Positions 29,401 through 39,150 of a DNA stretch of 64,000 nucleotides are shown here, in pieces. A program made the translations under genes and the position numbers. The notes under the pieces were generated by a model. It saw only the letters and a list, made by a program, of their open reading frames with translations. It did no database searches and had not been told where the DNA came from. Each line of letters begins with the position of its first letter. Positions within the stretch are counted from its first letter, which is position 1. Source of the DNA: Bacteroides sp. GTDB taxonomy: Bacteria; Bacteroidota; Bacteroidia; Bacteroidales; UBA7960. The stretch is from positions 25,490-89,489 of the forward strand of contig JAZBOS010000087.1 in NCBI GenBank assembly GCA_036351255.1, read 5' to 3'.

Positions 29401-30096
29401 ATGAAAGCGGGTATTTATCTAAAGGAATTTTTCAGTTTGTTTTTTCCGCGCATCTGCCCGGCATGCAGCGAGAGCCTGGTAGCTAAGGGAAGTTTACTTT
29501 GCACCGCTTGCCAGGCACAGCTGCCATTTGCTCATTTGGCAAAGGAAAAGGAAAACCTCATGACGCAACTATTCTGGGGAAGGGTTCCGATTGAAACTGG
29601 TGCCCCCTTGTTTTATTTCAGCAAAGGCAGCAAGGTACAACACTTGATTCACCGGTTTAAATACCAGGGCTATCGTGAGATAGGCCCTTATCTTGGCCGC
29701 CTGCATGGGCAGGAACTGAAACGTTCACCGCATTACCAAGAGTTGGATATGGTGGTGCCAGTGCCACTGCACCCACGAAAAGAACGCCGGAGAGGCTACA
29801 ACCAAAGCGTACTTTTTGGACTGGGCCTAGCCGAGAGCCTGGAGATCCCATTGGTTGAAAACCGCCTCCTGCGCATCGTTCCCACGGCTTCCCAAACCCG
29901 CAAGACCCGATTCAGGCGCTGGGAGAATGTGGAGTCAGTCTTTCATATTCCTGATTTGTCGGTTTTTGAAAATAAACACGTTTTACTGGTGGACGACGTG
30001 GTTACTACAGGCTCAACTCTGGAAGCCTGTTGCCAGAAACTTCAGGAAGCCCGGGGCGTAAAGATATACCTGGCCACCATTGCTCTGGCACAATAA
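29401..30096 (+). CDS. comF: ComF family protein (phosphoribosyltransferase domain)
   Basis: N-terminal Cys pairs (CPACSE...CTAC) and the PRTase motif VLLVDDVVTTGSTL are present. Confidence 0.85.
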   Translation: MKAGIYLKEFFSLFFPRICPACSESLVAKGSLLCTACQAQLPFAHLAKEKENLMTQLFWGRVPIETGAPLFYFSKGSKVQHLIHRFKYQGYREIGPYLGRLHGQELKRSPHYQELDMVVPVPLHPRKERRRGYNQSVLFGLGLAESLEIPLVENRLLRIVPTASQTRKTRFRRWENVESVFHIPDLSVFENKHVLLVDDVVTTGSTLEACCQKLQEARGVKIYLATIALAQ

Positions 30097-30173
30097 CAAA
30101 GGGGAAATGAAAAAATATAATTAAGCAGAATATTGCGGACTGGCAAGATCCTAAAGAAACTATATACTCCAGC

Positions 30174-32783
30174 TTACAACTTCCCTCCCAAAACAGCCGT
30201 CCTTCGAATCCTCTTTACATTCCCCTCCAGGTCCATGATCTCCAGATGAATAAGATACATGCCAATGGGAGCCTTTAGGTGTTTATCGGTGGTACCGTCC
30301 CAGGTAAAGATGCCTTCAGCGGCAAGCAATTCGGCCTGCACAAGGCGTCGAATCAGGCGGCCGCGGCTGTCGAACACCAGAAGGCTTGCCACATAACCCG
30401 GTTTCTCAAAACGGTAATGGATGCCTAACAAATCCTCGTGGCCATCGTTATCCGGAGAAAAGATCTCTGGGCTTACTACGACCTCCCCTTCAACGGGTTC
30501 CAGAGTGGCATGGTATTGTGAATTCTGATAGCCGGGAGTTCCAAAGCCAACACTTTGGGCTGCCGAGTGCCAGTTGGAACGGTCCTGAGTAGGCTGATGA
30601 TAGTTGACCCTTTCGAGGGCTACCCCTTTCAAGGTGGTAAGTAAGGCAAAATGCATGTCTTCGTGACAGGTAAGCAGGTCGATTTCTTCAAGATTTGTCC
30701 TTGCCAGGGCCAACACTCCGCCGGTGTTGGTCATGGAAGGAAGGGCTGCCAGTTTAATAAAGGCGTTGGGGCGGTTGGTCATAAACGTCTTTCTTACGGC
30801 TTCCGGGTCAGTGGTCAGCACAGTGAAGTCGCCCGGGAACAACAGGCTGCTTTCCGGGTTGATGGGGCACAGATGGGTCAAAAAACCCTGTATCGTGTCC
30901 TTCGAGGCAAGGATCAGGTCTTTGAGGTCAATGACTTTTTCTGAGCGATTATACAGCTCAATAAATCGGCTGCCTCCTTCTGGTGGATTGAACAACACCT
31001 CGTTGATCACGACGTCAAAGGCTTGCGCCTGTTTAGGAACAGCCACTTTTGCTGTTTTTCCTTCCAATGGGTTTCCAGCGCAGTCGGTAAGGAAAGCAGG
31101 CAAGTCAATTTCATAAATATTGCCCGGGATCAGTGGGCTTTCCAAAACAAGCAATGCTGAGGAAAAATCGGGCAGCTGGGGGCACACTGACAACACATTC
31201 CCCGCTCCGAAATCACCCGATTGTGACAGGGACAAAAGCCCGGCTTCATCCATGGATTCACTGAAATACAATTTAATGGAGTCTTCTGCAAGGTATCCTG
31301 TTCTTAGTAATACGGGAGGTGTAACATCAGGATTGGGGGCCAAAACAGTATTTGGACCAGCCGGGGTACCTCCCAGAGGATCGTTGGAAGCGGTCCAGTT
31401 GTTTGGACCCTCACAAAAATTCAGGGGGTCAATTTTTTCGATAGACCAGCCACCCTGGCTTTTTGCTGGCTGACCATACCAGCCTTCGCTGTAGTTTACA
31501 AAAGCCACCAGGCGTTCTTCAGGATCGAATAATAGCAGGCTGTTACCCGCGTTGGTCAGGGCATTGGCCGGCAAGCCAGGAACGCTGGCGACAGGTCCAA
31601 AAGATTGGAGCGAAGGAAAGGCATCTTCACAGGCGAGTAAAAGATACCCCCCAGACTCAATAAATATGAATGGAAGCGTTCGCCTGCTATCGCCATGCTG
31701 CAGAATCCATCCATTGAGATTGACGTTAAAACCGGAAGTGTTGAATAATTCAATGTATTCGTGAGGAGGCAGGCCAACCTGGGGCGTGGGGTCAACCAGC
31801 AATTCATTAAAAACCACATCGAAACGCTGGGGCACGTAAAAAACGAAAGGAAGGAAAGTGGTTTCCATTGCATTTCCGGCAAGATCTTCAACAAGGCTAA
31901 TCTGGAGGGCATATTGGATGTTCTCCTGGAAGTTCTGCGCAAAGACCAGGCTAACAAGATTGGGTTGCTGGGGGTCGCGGCTGGCGATCATAGGGGCTCC
32001 GACTCCCTGGCTAACCTGATAGTTTCCGGTAGTTTCAGCAGAAATAGGCTCCACCGGTTCGCTGAAATGCAGTATAAGCTGATTGGCCGATGCTAATTCT
32101 AAAAGTGTCACGGCTGGTGGCTCAACATCAGGGACCAGTTCCTGCACAATAAAATCGTCAAAATAAAAGCGATTGCAATTGGAAACGGTGTAATTGCAAA
32201 CCAGTCCAAACCATCCCGAGGTGTTATAGGTCATATCGACAGCACTTCCCTGTTGCACGAAGAGTTGGCCTCCTGTGGCATCGGCAGCCACCTCCCACAA
32301 ACCCTGATTGTTACGGGTGACACGAATCCGAATTATATTATTGGTTAAAGCGGCCAGGTTCTGTGTTCCAGCCAGGATTTCAAGGGTTTCCTCTCCATCC
32401 TGACGAACCAGGAAAAGTTTTTTGTTTTCGCCCCCATTTTTGCCAATCTGGATAAAATATCCGTGCAGCGGTCCTTTCAAATCGGGAGCATCGCTGGCGA
32501 GATAAATTTTGGGATGGTTATTGTCGGTAGGCGTAAAGGCAAGCCTGACCCAAAACTCCCACTGAACCTCAAGGGCAAGGGTGCTGGCGGTGGCAAGACA
32601 AGCCTGTCCGGCCTCCTGGTCGGTAAGGCGAAGTAACCCTTCCTGTACAGCAAAAACGTTACTATCGCCTACCCATTCAGGGTTGGAGGTAAAGTTCCCA
32701 TCACTGAAGTCGTCAGAAAGCTGGGCTTTAACCACCACAGGAAGAAAAAGTACCAGCAAGAGGATTTCCCGCCTGATCATCAT
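30174..32783 (-). CDS. Secreted lamin-tail-domain (LTD) protein with an N-terminal ConA/LamG-like region and a C-terminal FlgD-Ig/CHU_C-like domain
   Basis: Signal peptide present. There are two LTD signatures (VVFNELLVDPTP...EYIELFNTSG and VVINEVLFNPPEGGSRFIELYNRS). The C-terminus reads FSPDNDGHEDLL...LLVFDSRGRLIRRL...FTWDG...GMYLIHLEI. Confidence 0.75.
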   Translation of the reverse strand: MMIRREILLLVLFLPVVVKAQLSDDFSDGNFTSNPEWVGDSNVFAVQEGLLRLTDQEAGQACLATASTLALEVQWEFWVRLAFTPTDNNHPKIYLASDAPDLKGPLHGYFIQIGKNGGENKKLFLVRQDGEETLEILAGTQNLAALTNNIIRIRVTRNNQGLWEVAADATGGQLFVQQGSAVDMTYNTSGWFGLVCNYTVSNCNRFYFDDFIVQELVPDVEPPAVTLLELASANQLILHFSEPVEPISAETTGNYQVSQGVGAPMIASRDPQQPNLVSLVFAQNFQENIQYALQISLVEDLAGNAMETTFLPFVFYVPQRFDVVFNELLVDPTPQVGLPPHEYIELFNTSGFNVNLNGWILQHGDSRRTLPFIFIESGGYLLLACEDAFPSLQSFGPVASVPGLPANALTNAGNSLLLFDPEERLVAFVNYSEGWYGQPAKSQGGWSIEKIDPLNFCEGPNNWTASNDPLGGTPAGPNTVLAPNPDVTPPVLLRTGYLAEDSIKLYFSESMDEAGLLSLSQSGDFGAGNVLSVCPQLPDFSSALLVLESPLIPGNIYEIDLPAFLTDCAGNPLEGKTAKVAVPKQAQAFDVVINEVLFNPPEGGSRFIELYNRSEKVIDLKDLILASKDTIQGFLTHLCPINPESSLLFPGDFTVLTTDPEAVRKTFMTNRPNAFIKLAALPSMTNTGGVLALARTNLEEIDLLTCHEDMHFALLTTLKGVALERVNYHQPTQDRSNWHSAAQSVGFGTPGYQNSQYHATLEPVEGEVVVSPEIFSPDNDGHEDLLGIHYRFEKPGYVASLLVFDSRGRLIRRLVQAELLAAEGIFTWDGTTDKHLKAPIGMYLIHLEIMDLEGNVKRIRRTAVLGGKL

Positions 32784-32811
32784 TAATCTTTTTTCTGGGC
32801 ATTAAATATAG

Positions 32812-32819
32812 TAATTTTG
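32812..32819 (+). promoter_or_regulatory. Candidate -7 box (TAATTTTG) upstream of asd
   Basis: It matches TAnnTTTG and lies about 55 nt upstream of ATG 32875. Confidence 0.3.
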
Positions 32820-32874
32820 CAGGAATTTGTTTTTGTGCACTCCCAAAAAAACGAACCCTAAAACACTGAGTCTT

Positions 32875-33867
32875 ATGAAGATTGCACTGGTAGGAGCCAC
32901 CGGCCTTGTGGGCACTGTCATGATAAAGGTGCTGGAAGAAATGAATTTCCCCTGTACGGAATTTATCCCGGCCGCCTCCGAACGGTCAGTAGGAAAAACG
33001 GTGACATTCAGGGGAAAGGAGCATACCATCGTCAGCCTTCAGAATGCTGTGGATGCCCGACCAGCCCTGGCCATCTTCTCTGCAGGAGGCTCAGTATCGA
33101 AACAATGGGCCGAAAAGTTCGCTGCCAATGGCACATACGTGGTTGACAACTCTTCAGCCTGGCGAATGGACGAGCACGTTCCCCTTGTGGTCCCGGAGGT
33201 GAATGCCCACGCCCTGAAGAAAGATACGCTCATCATTGCCAATCCCAACTGCAGCACCATTCAAATGGTCCTTGCACTGGCTCCCCTGCATAAGGCCTAC
33301 GGCATCAGGCGGCTGGTGGTGTCAACCTACCAGTCGGTGACGGGTACCGGAATGAAAGCGGTGAAGCAAATGGAAGATGAGCGTGCAGGTATTGAAGGTG
33401 AAAAAGCTTATCCCCACCCCATTGATCTGAACTGCTTCCCTCATGGAGGAGATTTTTCTGACAATGGCTACACCACCGAAGAGCTGAAACTACTGAATGA
33501 AACCCGGAAGATCCTGGATGCCCCTGAGTTAAAGGTAACGGCCACCGTAGTCCGTATTCCGGTTGTTGGAGGGCATTCAGAAGCAATTAATGTCGAGTTT
33601 GAAAGAGATTTTGATCTGGGTGAGGTTCGTAAACTGCTGGAAGACATGCCGGGTATTGTTGTAAAGGATGATCCCGCCAGCAACCTTTATCCCATGCCGC
33701 TTACTGCTCAAGAAAAGAATGAAGTGTTTGTGGGACGTCTGAGGCGGGACACTACTATTCCCTATGGGCTGGATCTCTGGGTCGTAGCTGATAATCTACG
33801 CAAAGGAGCCGCCACAAATGCAATCCAGATTGCCTTTAAACTGCTTGAAAAAAGGTTCATCCAATAG
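32875..33867 (+). CDS. asd: Aspartate-semialdehyde dehydrogenase
   Basis: MKIALVGATGLVG (NAD(P)-binding), the active-site segment IANPNCSTI, and SGAG-like/QSVTGTG segments are present. The ATG at 32875 is preferred over the upstream ORF start. Confidence 0.95.
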   Translation: MKIALVGATGLVGTVMIKVLEEMNFPCTEFIPAASERSVGKTVTFRGKEHTIVSLQNAVDARPALAIFSAGGSVSKQWAEKFAANGTYVVDNSSAWRMDEHVPLVVPEVNAHALKKDTLIIANPNCSTIQMVLALAPLHKAYGIRRLVVSTYQSVTGTGMKAVKQMEDERAGIEGEKAYPHPIDLNCFPHGGDFSDNGYTTEELKLLNETRKILDAPELKVTATVVRIPVVGGHSEAINVEFERDFDLGEVRKLLEDMPGIVVKDDPASNLYPMPLTAQEKNEVFVGRLRRDTTIPYGLDLWVVADNLRKGAATNAIQIAFKLLEKRFIQ

Positions 33868-33988
33868 GGTATAAGGATTCTTTCTTTTGGATTTTTCGCA
33901 ATAGACTGAGGTTGACCTAATTTTCGTATTTTTGCACTCTGCAAAAAACGGAGGTCATCCTGTTTGGCTATAACACAAAAAGCCTCAT

Positions 33989-34945
33989 ATGATTAATTCA
34001 CAATTAAAAGAATGGCTGGTAGTGGTCAATCCCAATGCCGGCATAGGTAGGGGGAAAAAGGACTGGGGAAAAATCAGTCAGCTCCTGGATGAAAATGGGT
34101 TTGACTATCATCCGGTCTTTACCGAAAGGAAGCTTCACGCCATTGAGCTGGTCATCCAAAACATTGTAACGGGATACCGGAAAATCATTGTTGTGGGTGG
34201 CGACGGGACCATGAATGAGGTGGTCAACGGAATCTTTTCCCAACAGGAAGTACCAACCACGGCGATCACCCTGGGAATGATTTCTATAGGCACCGGCAAT
34301 GACTGGGTGCGAACCTATAACATTCCACTCGATTACCAGCAAGCCATCGAGATCATAAAAAGGGAAAACACCCTGGAGCAGGATGCCGGAATCGTTCAGT
34401 ATTCAACCGGAAACGGAACAGCCAAACGTTATTTTGCCAATATGGCCGGCCTTGGATTTGATGGACTGGTTGCCAAAAAAACCAATGCCGATAAGGAAAG
34501 GGGAAGCATCTTGCCTATGCTTTTCCTGGTTAATCTGGTGAGTTCCATGTTCTCTTACAACTCATCAAATATCCGGATTAACATTGACGGGCGCGAGATC
34601 AAGGCCAGGGTCTTTAGCATTGGCGTTGGTATTGGCCAATACAACGGGGGCGGAATGATGCAGGCACCGGATGCCTTGCCCAATGATGGCCTGCTCGACT
34701 TGACCATCATAAAACACATATCTGTTTTGTCGATCCTCGCAAATATCCGCAGGCTCTACGACGGAAAAATTCGTAAGGTAAAACAAGTCGTTTTGCTGAC
34801 CGGAAAAAACATTCGCATTGAATCTGATGTGCCCATCCCACTGGAAACAGACGGGGAATTCCTGGGGAATTCTCCTTTCGAGTTCAACATCGTTCCCAAA
34901 AGCATTAAAATCATAATGAATCACCTGGGCAAAACTGCCCAATAA
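33989..34945 (+). CDS. Diacylglycerol/lipid kinase family protein (YegS/BmrU-like)
   Basis: DAGK catalytic-domain motifs are present: VVVNPNAG..., IIVVGGDGTMNEVVNG, LGMISIGTGNDW. Confidence 0.85.
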   Translation: MINSQLKEWLVVVNPNAGIGRGKKDWGKISQLLDENGFDYHPVFTERKLHAIELVIQNIVTGYRKIIVVGGDGTMNEVVNGIFSQQEVPTTAITLGMISIGTGNDWVRTYNIPLDYQQAIEIIKRENTLEQDAGIVQYSTGNGTAKRYFANMAGLGFDGLVAKKTNADKERGSILPMLFLVNLVSSMFSYNSSNIRINIDGREIKARVFSIGVGIGQYNGGGMMQAPDALPNDGLLDLTIIKHISVLSILANIRRLYDGKIRKVKQVVLLTGKNIRIESDVPIPLETDGEFLGNSPFEFNIVPKSIKIIMNHLGKTAQ

Positions 34946-34959
34946 AGACTTGAATCTGC

Positions 34960-36492
34960 ATGACCAAAGGAGAAGAAACTTTCAAGAAGATCATTTCGCA
35001 TTGTAAGGAATACGGGTTTATCTTTCCCTCCAGTGAGATTTATGACGGGTTGAGTGCCGTATACGATTACGGCCAGAACGGTGCTATCCTGAAAAATAAT
35101 ATCAAGGATTACTGGTGGCGTTCCATGGTACAGTACCATGAAAACATTGTTGGCATTGACGCGGCTATCTTTATGCACCCAACGGTATGGAAAGCTTCGG
35201 GGCACGTAGATGCTTTCAATGATCCTCTCATTGACAACAAGGACTCGAAAAAACGCTACCGCGCTGACGTCCTCATTGAGGATTATCTTGAAAAACTTAA
35301 CCAGAAGATCGAAAAAGAGGTAGATAAGGCCGCCAAGCGTTTTGGTGACAGTTTTGACGAGGCGATGTTCCGGAAGACCAACCCGCGGGTACAGGAGAAC
35401 CAGGAAAAGATAGAAACCATAAATCGCCGCTTTGTATCTGCACTGGAAGAAAACCGCCTGGGCGACGTCAAAGCCCTTATTGAGGAATTAGGCATCGTTT
35501 GCCCCATCTCTGGATCACGCAATTGGACCGATGTCAGACAGTTTAACCTGATGTTCAGCACCCAAATGGGCTCTGTCAGCGAGGATACCAACCAGATATT
35601 CCTGCGTCCTGAAACCGCCCAGGGGATCTTTGTAAACTACCTCAACGTGCAGAAAACCGGCCGGATGAAACTTCCCTTTGGCATTGCCCAAATCGGCAAG
35701 GCTTTCCGCAATGAAATCGTGGCCCGACAGTTCATTTTCCGTATGCGGGAATTTGAACAGATGGAGATGCAGTTTTTTGTGAAACCCGGGCAGGAAAGGG
35801 AATGGTATGATTACTGGAAACAGGAACGGCTACGCTGGCACCTGGCACTGGGCATCCCTTCAGAAAAATATCGTTTCCACGATCATGAAAAGCTTGCCCA
35901 TTATGCCAATGCGGCTGCAGACATTGAATTTGAGTTCCCGTTCGGGTTTAAGGAACTGGAAGACATTCACTCGCGCACCGACTATGATCTGGGTGCCCAT
36001 CAGCAATACAGCGGCAAGAAACTTCAGTATTTTGACCCGGAAACGAATGAGAGCTATGTGCCTTATGTCGTTGAAACTTCCATAGGGCTCGACCGCACCT
36101 TCCTTGCCGTGCTTTCGTATGCCTACCGTGAAGAGAAACTTGAGGATGGTTCTGAGCGTGTGGTGCTAAGCATTCCTCCGGTACTGGCTCCCATCAAGGT
36201 GGCCGTATTGCCCCTGGTGAAAAAGGATGGCATGCCTGAAAAGGCACGCGAGATCTTCGACAGGTTGAAATATGATTATATGTGCCAGTACGATGAAAAG
36301 GATGCCATCGGGCGCCGTTACCGCAGGCAGGACGCCATTGGAACCCCCTATTGCATCACCGTTGACCATCAGACTCTGCAAGACAATACCGTGACCATCC
36401 GTGAACGCGATAGCATGAAACAGGACCGTATTGCCATTGATGAGATTGCACAGGTGGTGGCACGCCGTACTGACATCCGTCCGCTTTCATAA
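34960..36492 (+). CDS. glyQS: Glycine--tRNA ligase (homodimeric GlyQS type)
   Basis: Class II aaRS motifs (FLRPETAQGIF, FRNEI.PR..IFRMREFEQMEMQFF, VVETSIGLDR) and the C-terminal anticodon-binding domain are present. Confidence 0.95.
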   Translation: MTKGEETFKKIISHCKEYGFIFPSSEIYDGLSAVYDYGQNGAILKNNIKDYWWRSMVQYHENIVGIDAAIFMHPTVWKASGHVDAFNDPLIDNKDSKKRYRADVLIEDYLEKLNQKIEKEVDKAAKRFGDSFDEAMFRKTNPRVQENQEKIETINRRFVSALEENRLGDVKALIEELGIVCPISGSRNWTDVRQFNLMFSTQMGSVSEDTNQIFLRPETAQGIFVNYLNVQKTGRMKLPFGIAQIGKAFRNEIVARQFIFRMREFEQMEMQFFVKPGQEREWYDYWKQERLRWHLALGIPSEKYRFHDHEKLAHYANAAADIEFEFPFGFKELEDIHSRTDYDLGAHQQYSGKKLQYFDPETNESYVPYVVETSIGLDRTFLAVLSYAYREEKLEDGSERVVLSIPPVLAPIKVAVLPLVKKDGMPEKAREIFDRLKYDYMCQYDEKDAIGRRYRRQDAIGTPYCITVDHQTLQDNTVTIRERDSMKQDRIAIDEIAQVVARRTDIRPLS

Positions 36493-36566
36493 TTAAGCGA
36501 ACTTTATGCAACATTATTTGTTGTGTTTAATATAATTTTATATCGCGCAAACCGAGGTTCCGGATT

Positions 36567-37538
36567 ATGACCCTGAATGAAATCAAAGCGCCTGTTGAGG
36601 AACACCTGAAAGCTTTTGAGGCTCTTTTCAGGGAATCCATCAAAAGCAATATTCCACTGCTAAACATCATCATGCGTTACATCGTAAAACGCAAGGGTAA
36701 GCAGATGCGGCCGCTTTTTGTATTTTTCTCTGCAGGGCTTTTTTCTGAAATAAACGACAGAACCCTCCGGGCTGCTACCCTCATTGAAATGCTTCACACC
36801 GCAACGCTTATTCACGATGATGTGGTGGACGATAGCAACGAACGCCGAGGTTTCTTTTCGCTCAATGCCCTGTGGAAAAACAAAATCTCCGTTTTGGTTG
36901 GTGACTTTCTCCTCTCGCGAGGCTTACTTTTGGCCCTTGACCATGATGATTTCGACCTGCTCAAAATCGTTTCCAATTCTGTAAGGGAAATGAGTGAAGG
37001 CGAGTTGCTGCAGATCGAAAAAGCCCGAACCCTTGACATCGAGGAGTCGGTATATTTTGAGATCATCCGCAAAAAAACAGCCTCCCTGATCGCATCCTGT
37101 CTCGCGAGTGGCACGGCAGCAACAGGAGCAGACCCAGAAGACATTGAAAAGATGCGGCAGATTGGCGAGAAAATTGGCATCGCCTTCCAGATCAAAGACG
37201 ACATCCTTGACTTTGATCTCAGTGCCGACAAGGGAAAACCCTCTGGAGTGGATATCAAGGAACGGAAAATGACCCTGCCACTGATTTACATTCTCAATAA
37301 ATCAAGTAATTTGCAAAAACGGAAGATCATCAACATTGTCAAGAATCATAATAACAACCGGGAAAAGGTAGATTGGCTCATGCAGGAGGTGTTGGAGGGC
37401 GGTGGTATTGATTATGCCGTGGAAAAGATGACCCAATACCGGAACGAGGCTCTTGAGATGCTTGAGCATATGCCCGATACACCCGCAAGGGAATCCCTCA
37501 GGCAGCTCATTGACTTTACCATCCAGCGAAAAAGCTGA
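36567..37538 (+). CDS. Polyprenyl diphosphate synthase (trans-IPPS, long-chain type)
   Basis: The first Asp-rich motif LIHDDVVDD, the second motif FQIKDDILD, and GKQMRP are present. Confidence 0.9.
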   Translation: MTLNEIKAPVEEHLKAFEALFRESIKSNIPLLNIIMRYIVKRKGKQMRPLFVFFSAGLFSEINDRTLRAATLIEMLHTATLIHDDVVDDSNERRGFFSLNALWKNKISVLVGDFLLSRGLLLALDHDDFDLLKIVSNSVREMSEGELLQIEKARTLDIEESVYFEIIRKKTASLIASCLASGTAATGADPEDIEKMRQIGEKIGIAFQIKDDILDFDLSADKGKPSGVDIKERKMTLPLIYILNKSSNLQKRKIINIVKNHNNNREKVDWLMQEVLEGGGIDYAVEKMTQYRNEALEMLEHMPDTPARESLRQLIDFTIQRKS

Positions 37539-37611
37539 TCTTTTTTCTCGCCCTGATAAATATTTCGTCTGCGATTTGTTGAAAAAAGGCAGAAACCAAA
37601 GATTAAACCCC

Positions 37612-39144
37612 ATGATGAAAAACCCGTTTTCTTTTTTTCTTAAGAAAAGCCTGTTGACTTTTTGCATCTTTTTATTCACCAGCCTCATTATGCAGGCCCA
37701 GGACCTTCCCGAGATCAAAAAGCATGATCCCTCACTGATTGGCAAAGGAACCACCCTTGACGGAATTAAACAAGGCTTGTGGAATTACTTTAATGAGGAA
37801 GGAATCCTGCTTGAAAGCGGCCATTATGCTGGTGAAGAACGCACAGGCCTTTGGATCTTTTTTGACGAGCAGCAACAAAAGGCAGCACAAATAGATTATG
37901 ACAGTTTATACTATCGCGAATTCTTCCCCAACGGCGATATTGCAGGACAAGGCGCTTTGACAGACAAGCTGGAGAAAACCGGCTTGTGGACCTATTATCA
38001 CCTGAGCGAAAAGATCTGGGCACAGGGACAATACCGCGACGGAAAACAAACCGGAGAATGGTTATTCTGGTATGCGGAGGGCAATAAAAACGCCGAAGTC
38101 GCCATGGACAATGGCATCACAACCTGGTGGTATCCCGATGGAACGGTCGAAATGACCGGGCCAGTGAAAGCAGGACAACTCGATGGTGAATGGTCATACT
38201 ATTATACATCGGGCACACTTCGCGAAAAAAGTGTATTTAAGGAAGGTAAAAAAGAAGGTGCCTCACGCTTATATTATGAAAACGGCAATCCTGAATTTGA
38301 AGGCAATTTTAAGGAAGGCCTGCTTAATGGATTCTCAATGTGGTATTATGAAGACGGGCAACTTGAATCGGCAGGGAAGTCAGTTATGGATGTGCAGGAT
38401 AGTACCTGGACCTATTATTTTCAGAACGGGAACACTTCCTCTGAAGGAGATTTTGTGAATGGCAAAGAAAATGGTGTCTGGACCTTTTTATACACTACTG
38501 GTGAGAAACTGCGCCAGGGTCCAATGGTTGACGGCCAGCGGCACGGCGAATGGACCACCTGGTATCCCGGGGGAGAAATAAGCCACCAGGGTCCTTTTGT
38601 GAATGACCAGGAATACGGAACATGGACCAGTTGGTATGATAATGGCCAGATGCAGGATCGTGGCACCTTCACCCGGGGAAAAATGGATGAGCTCTGGGAG
38701 GGCTGGTTTGCAAACGGGACAAAACGTTATGAGGTCCGGTATGTGAATGGCGAACGCCACGGCTTGTCAAGCCATTGGTACGAAAACGGTAAGGCCCGCC
38801 AGTCAGCAAATTACGAAAATGGCCTCAACCATGGCATCTGGATTCGCTGGCAAGATAATGGCAACATGCTTGAAGAAGGCCAGTTTACCCAGGGTGAGCG
38901 CTCAGGGTTATGGGTTTACTATGATGGCAGCGGCACCAAATACCGCGAGCAGGAATACAGTGCGAGCAAAGCCCATGGCCACTTCACCACCTTTTACCCC
39001 GACGGCAGCAAAGAACAGGAAGGCTATTTTGTAGAAGGCCAGCGTCACGGAAACTGGACCTACTGGGACCCGGAAGGAAAGGTGATACGTACCATGCAGT
39101 TTGATAGAGGGAAAATGGTCAACCAAAAGGACTACAACAGGTAA
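37612..39144 (+). CDS. Secreted MORN-variant repeat protein (YwqK-like repeats)
   Basis: Signal peptide MMKNPFSFFLKKSLLTFCIFLFTSLIMQAQ. More than 15 tandem copies of the roughly 23-aa G.W..YY.NG......G.Y..G...G.W pattern follow. The upstream part of the ORF (37453-37611) overlaps the previous gene and was not used. Confidence 0.75.
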   Translation: MMKNPFSFFLKKSLLTFCIFLFTSLIMQAQDLPEIKKHDPSLIGKGTTLDGIKQGLWNYFNEEGILLESGHYAGEERTGLWIFFDEQQQKAAQIDYDSLYYREFFPNGDIAGQGALTDKLEKTGLWTYYHLSEKIWAQGQYRDGKQTGEWLFWYAEGNKNAEVAMDNGITTWWYPDGTVEMTGPVKAGQLDGEWSYYYTSGTLREKSVFKEGKKEGASRLYYENGNPEFEGNFKEGLLNGFSMWYYEDGQLESAGKSVMDVQDSTWTYYFQNGNTSSEGDFVNGKENGVWTFLYTTGEKLRQGPMVDGQRHGEWTTWYPGGEISHQGPFVNDQEYGTWTSWYDNGQMQDRGTFTRGKMDELWEGWFANGTKRYEVRYVNGERHGLSSHWYENGKARQSANYENGLNHGIWIRWQDNGNMLEEGQFTQGERSGLWVYYDGSGTKYREQEYSASKAHGHFTTFYPDGSKEQEGYFVEGQRHGNWTYWDPEGKVIRTMQFDRGKMVNQKDYNR

Positions 39145-39150
39145 TCTTCC

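Noticed and set aside
37453-37611. N-terminal extension of the MORN-repeat ORF
   Set aside because: It overlaps the 3' end of the polyprenyl synthase gene in another frame. The ATG at 37612 gives a clean signal peptide.
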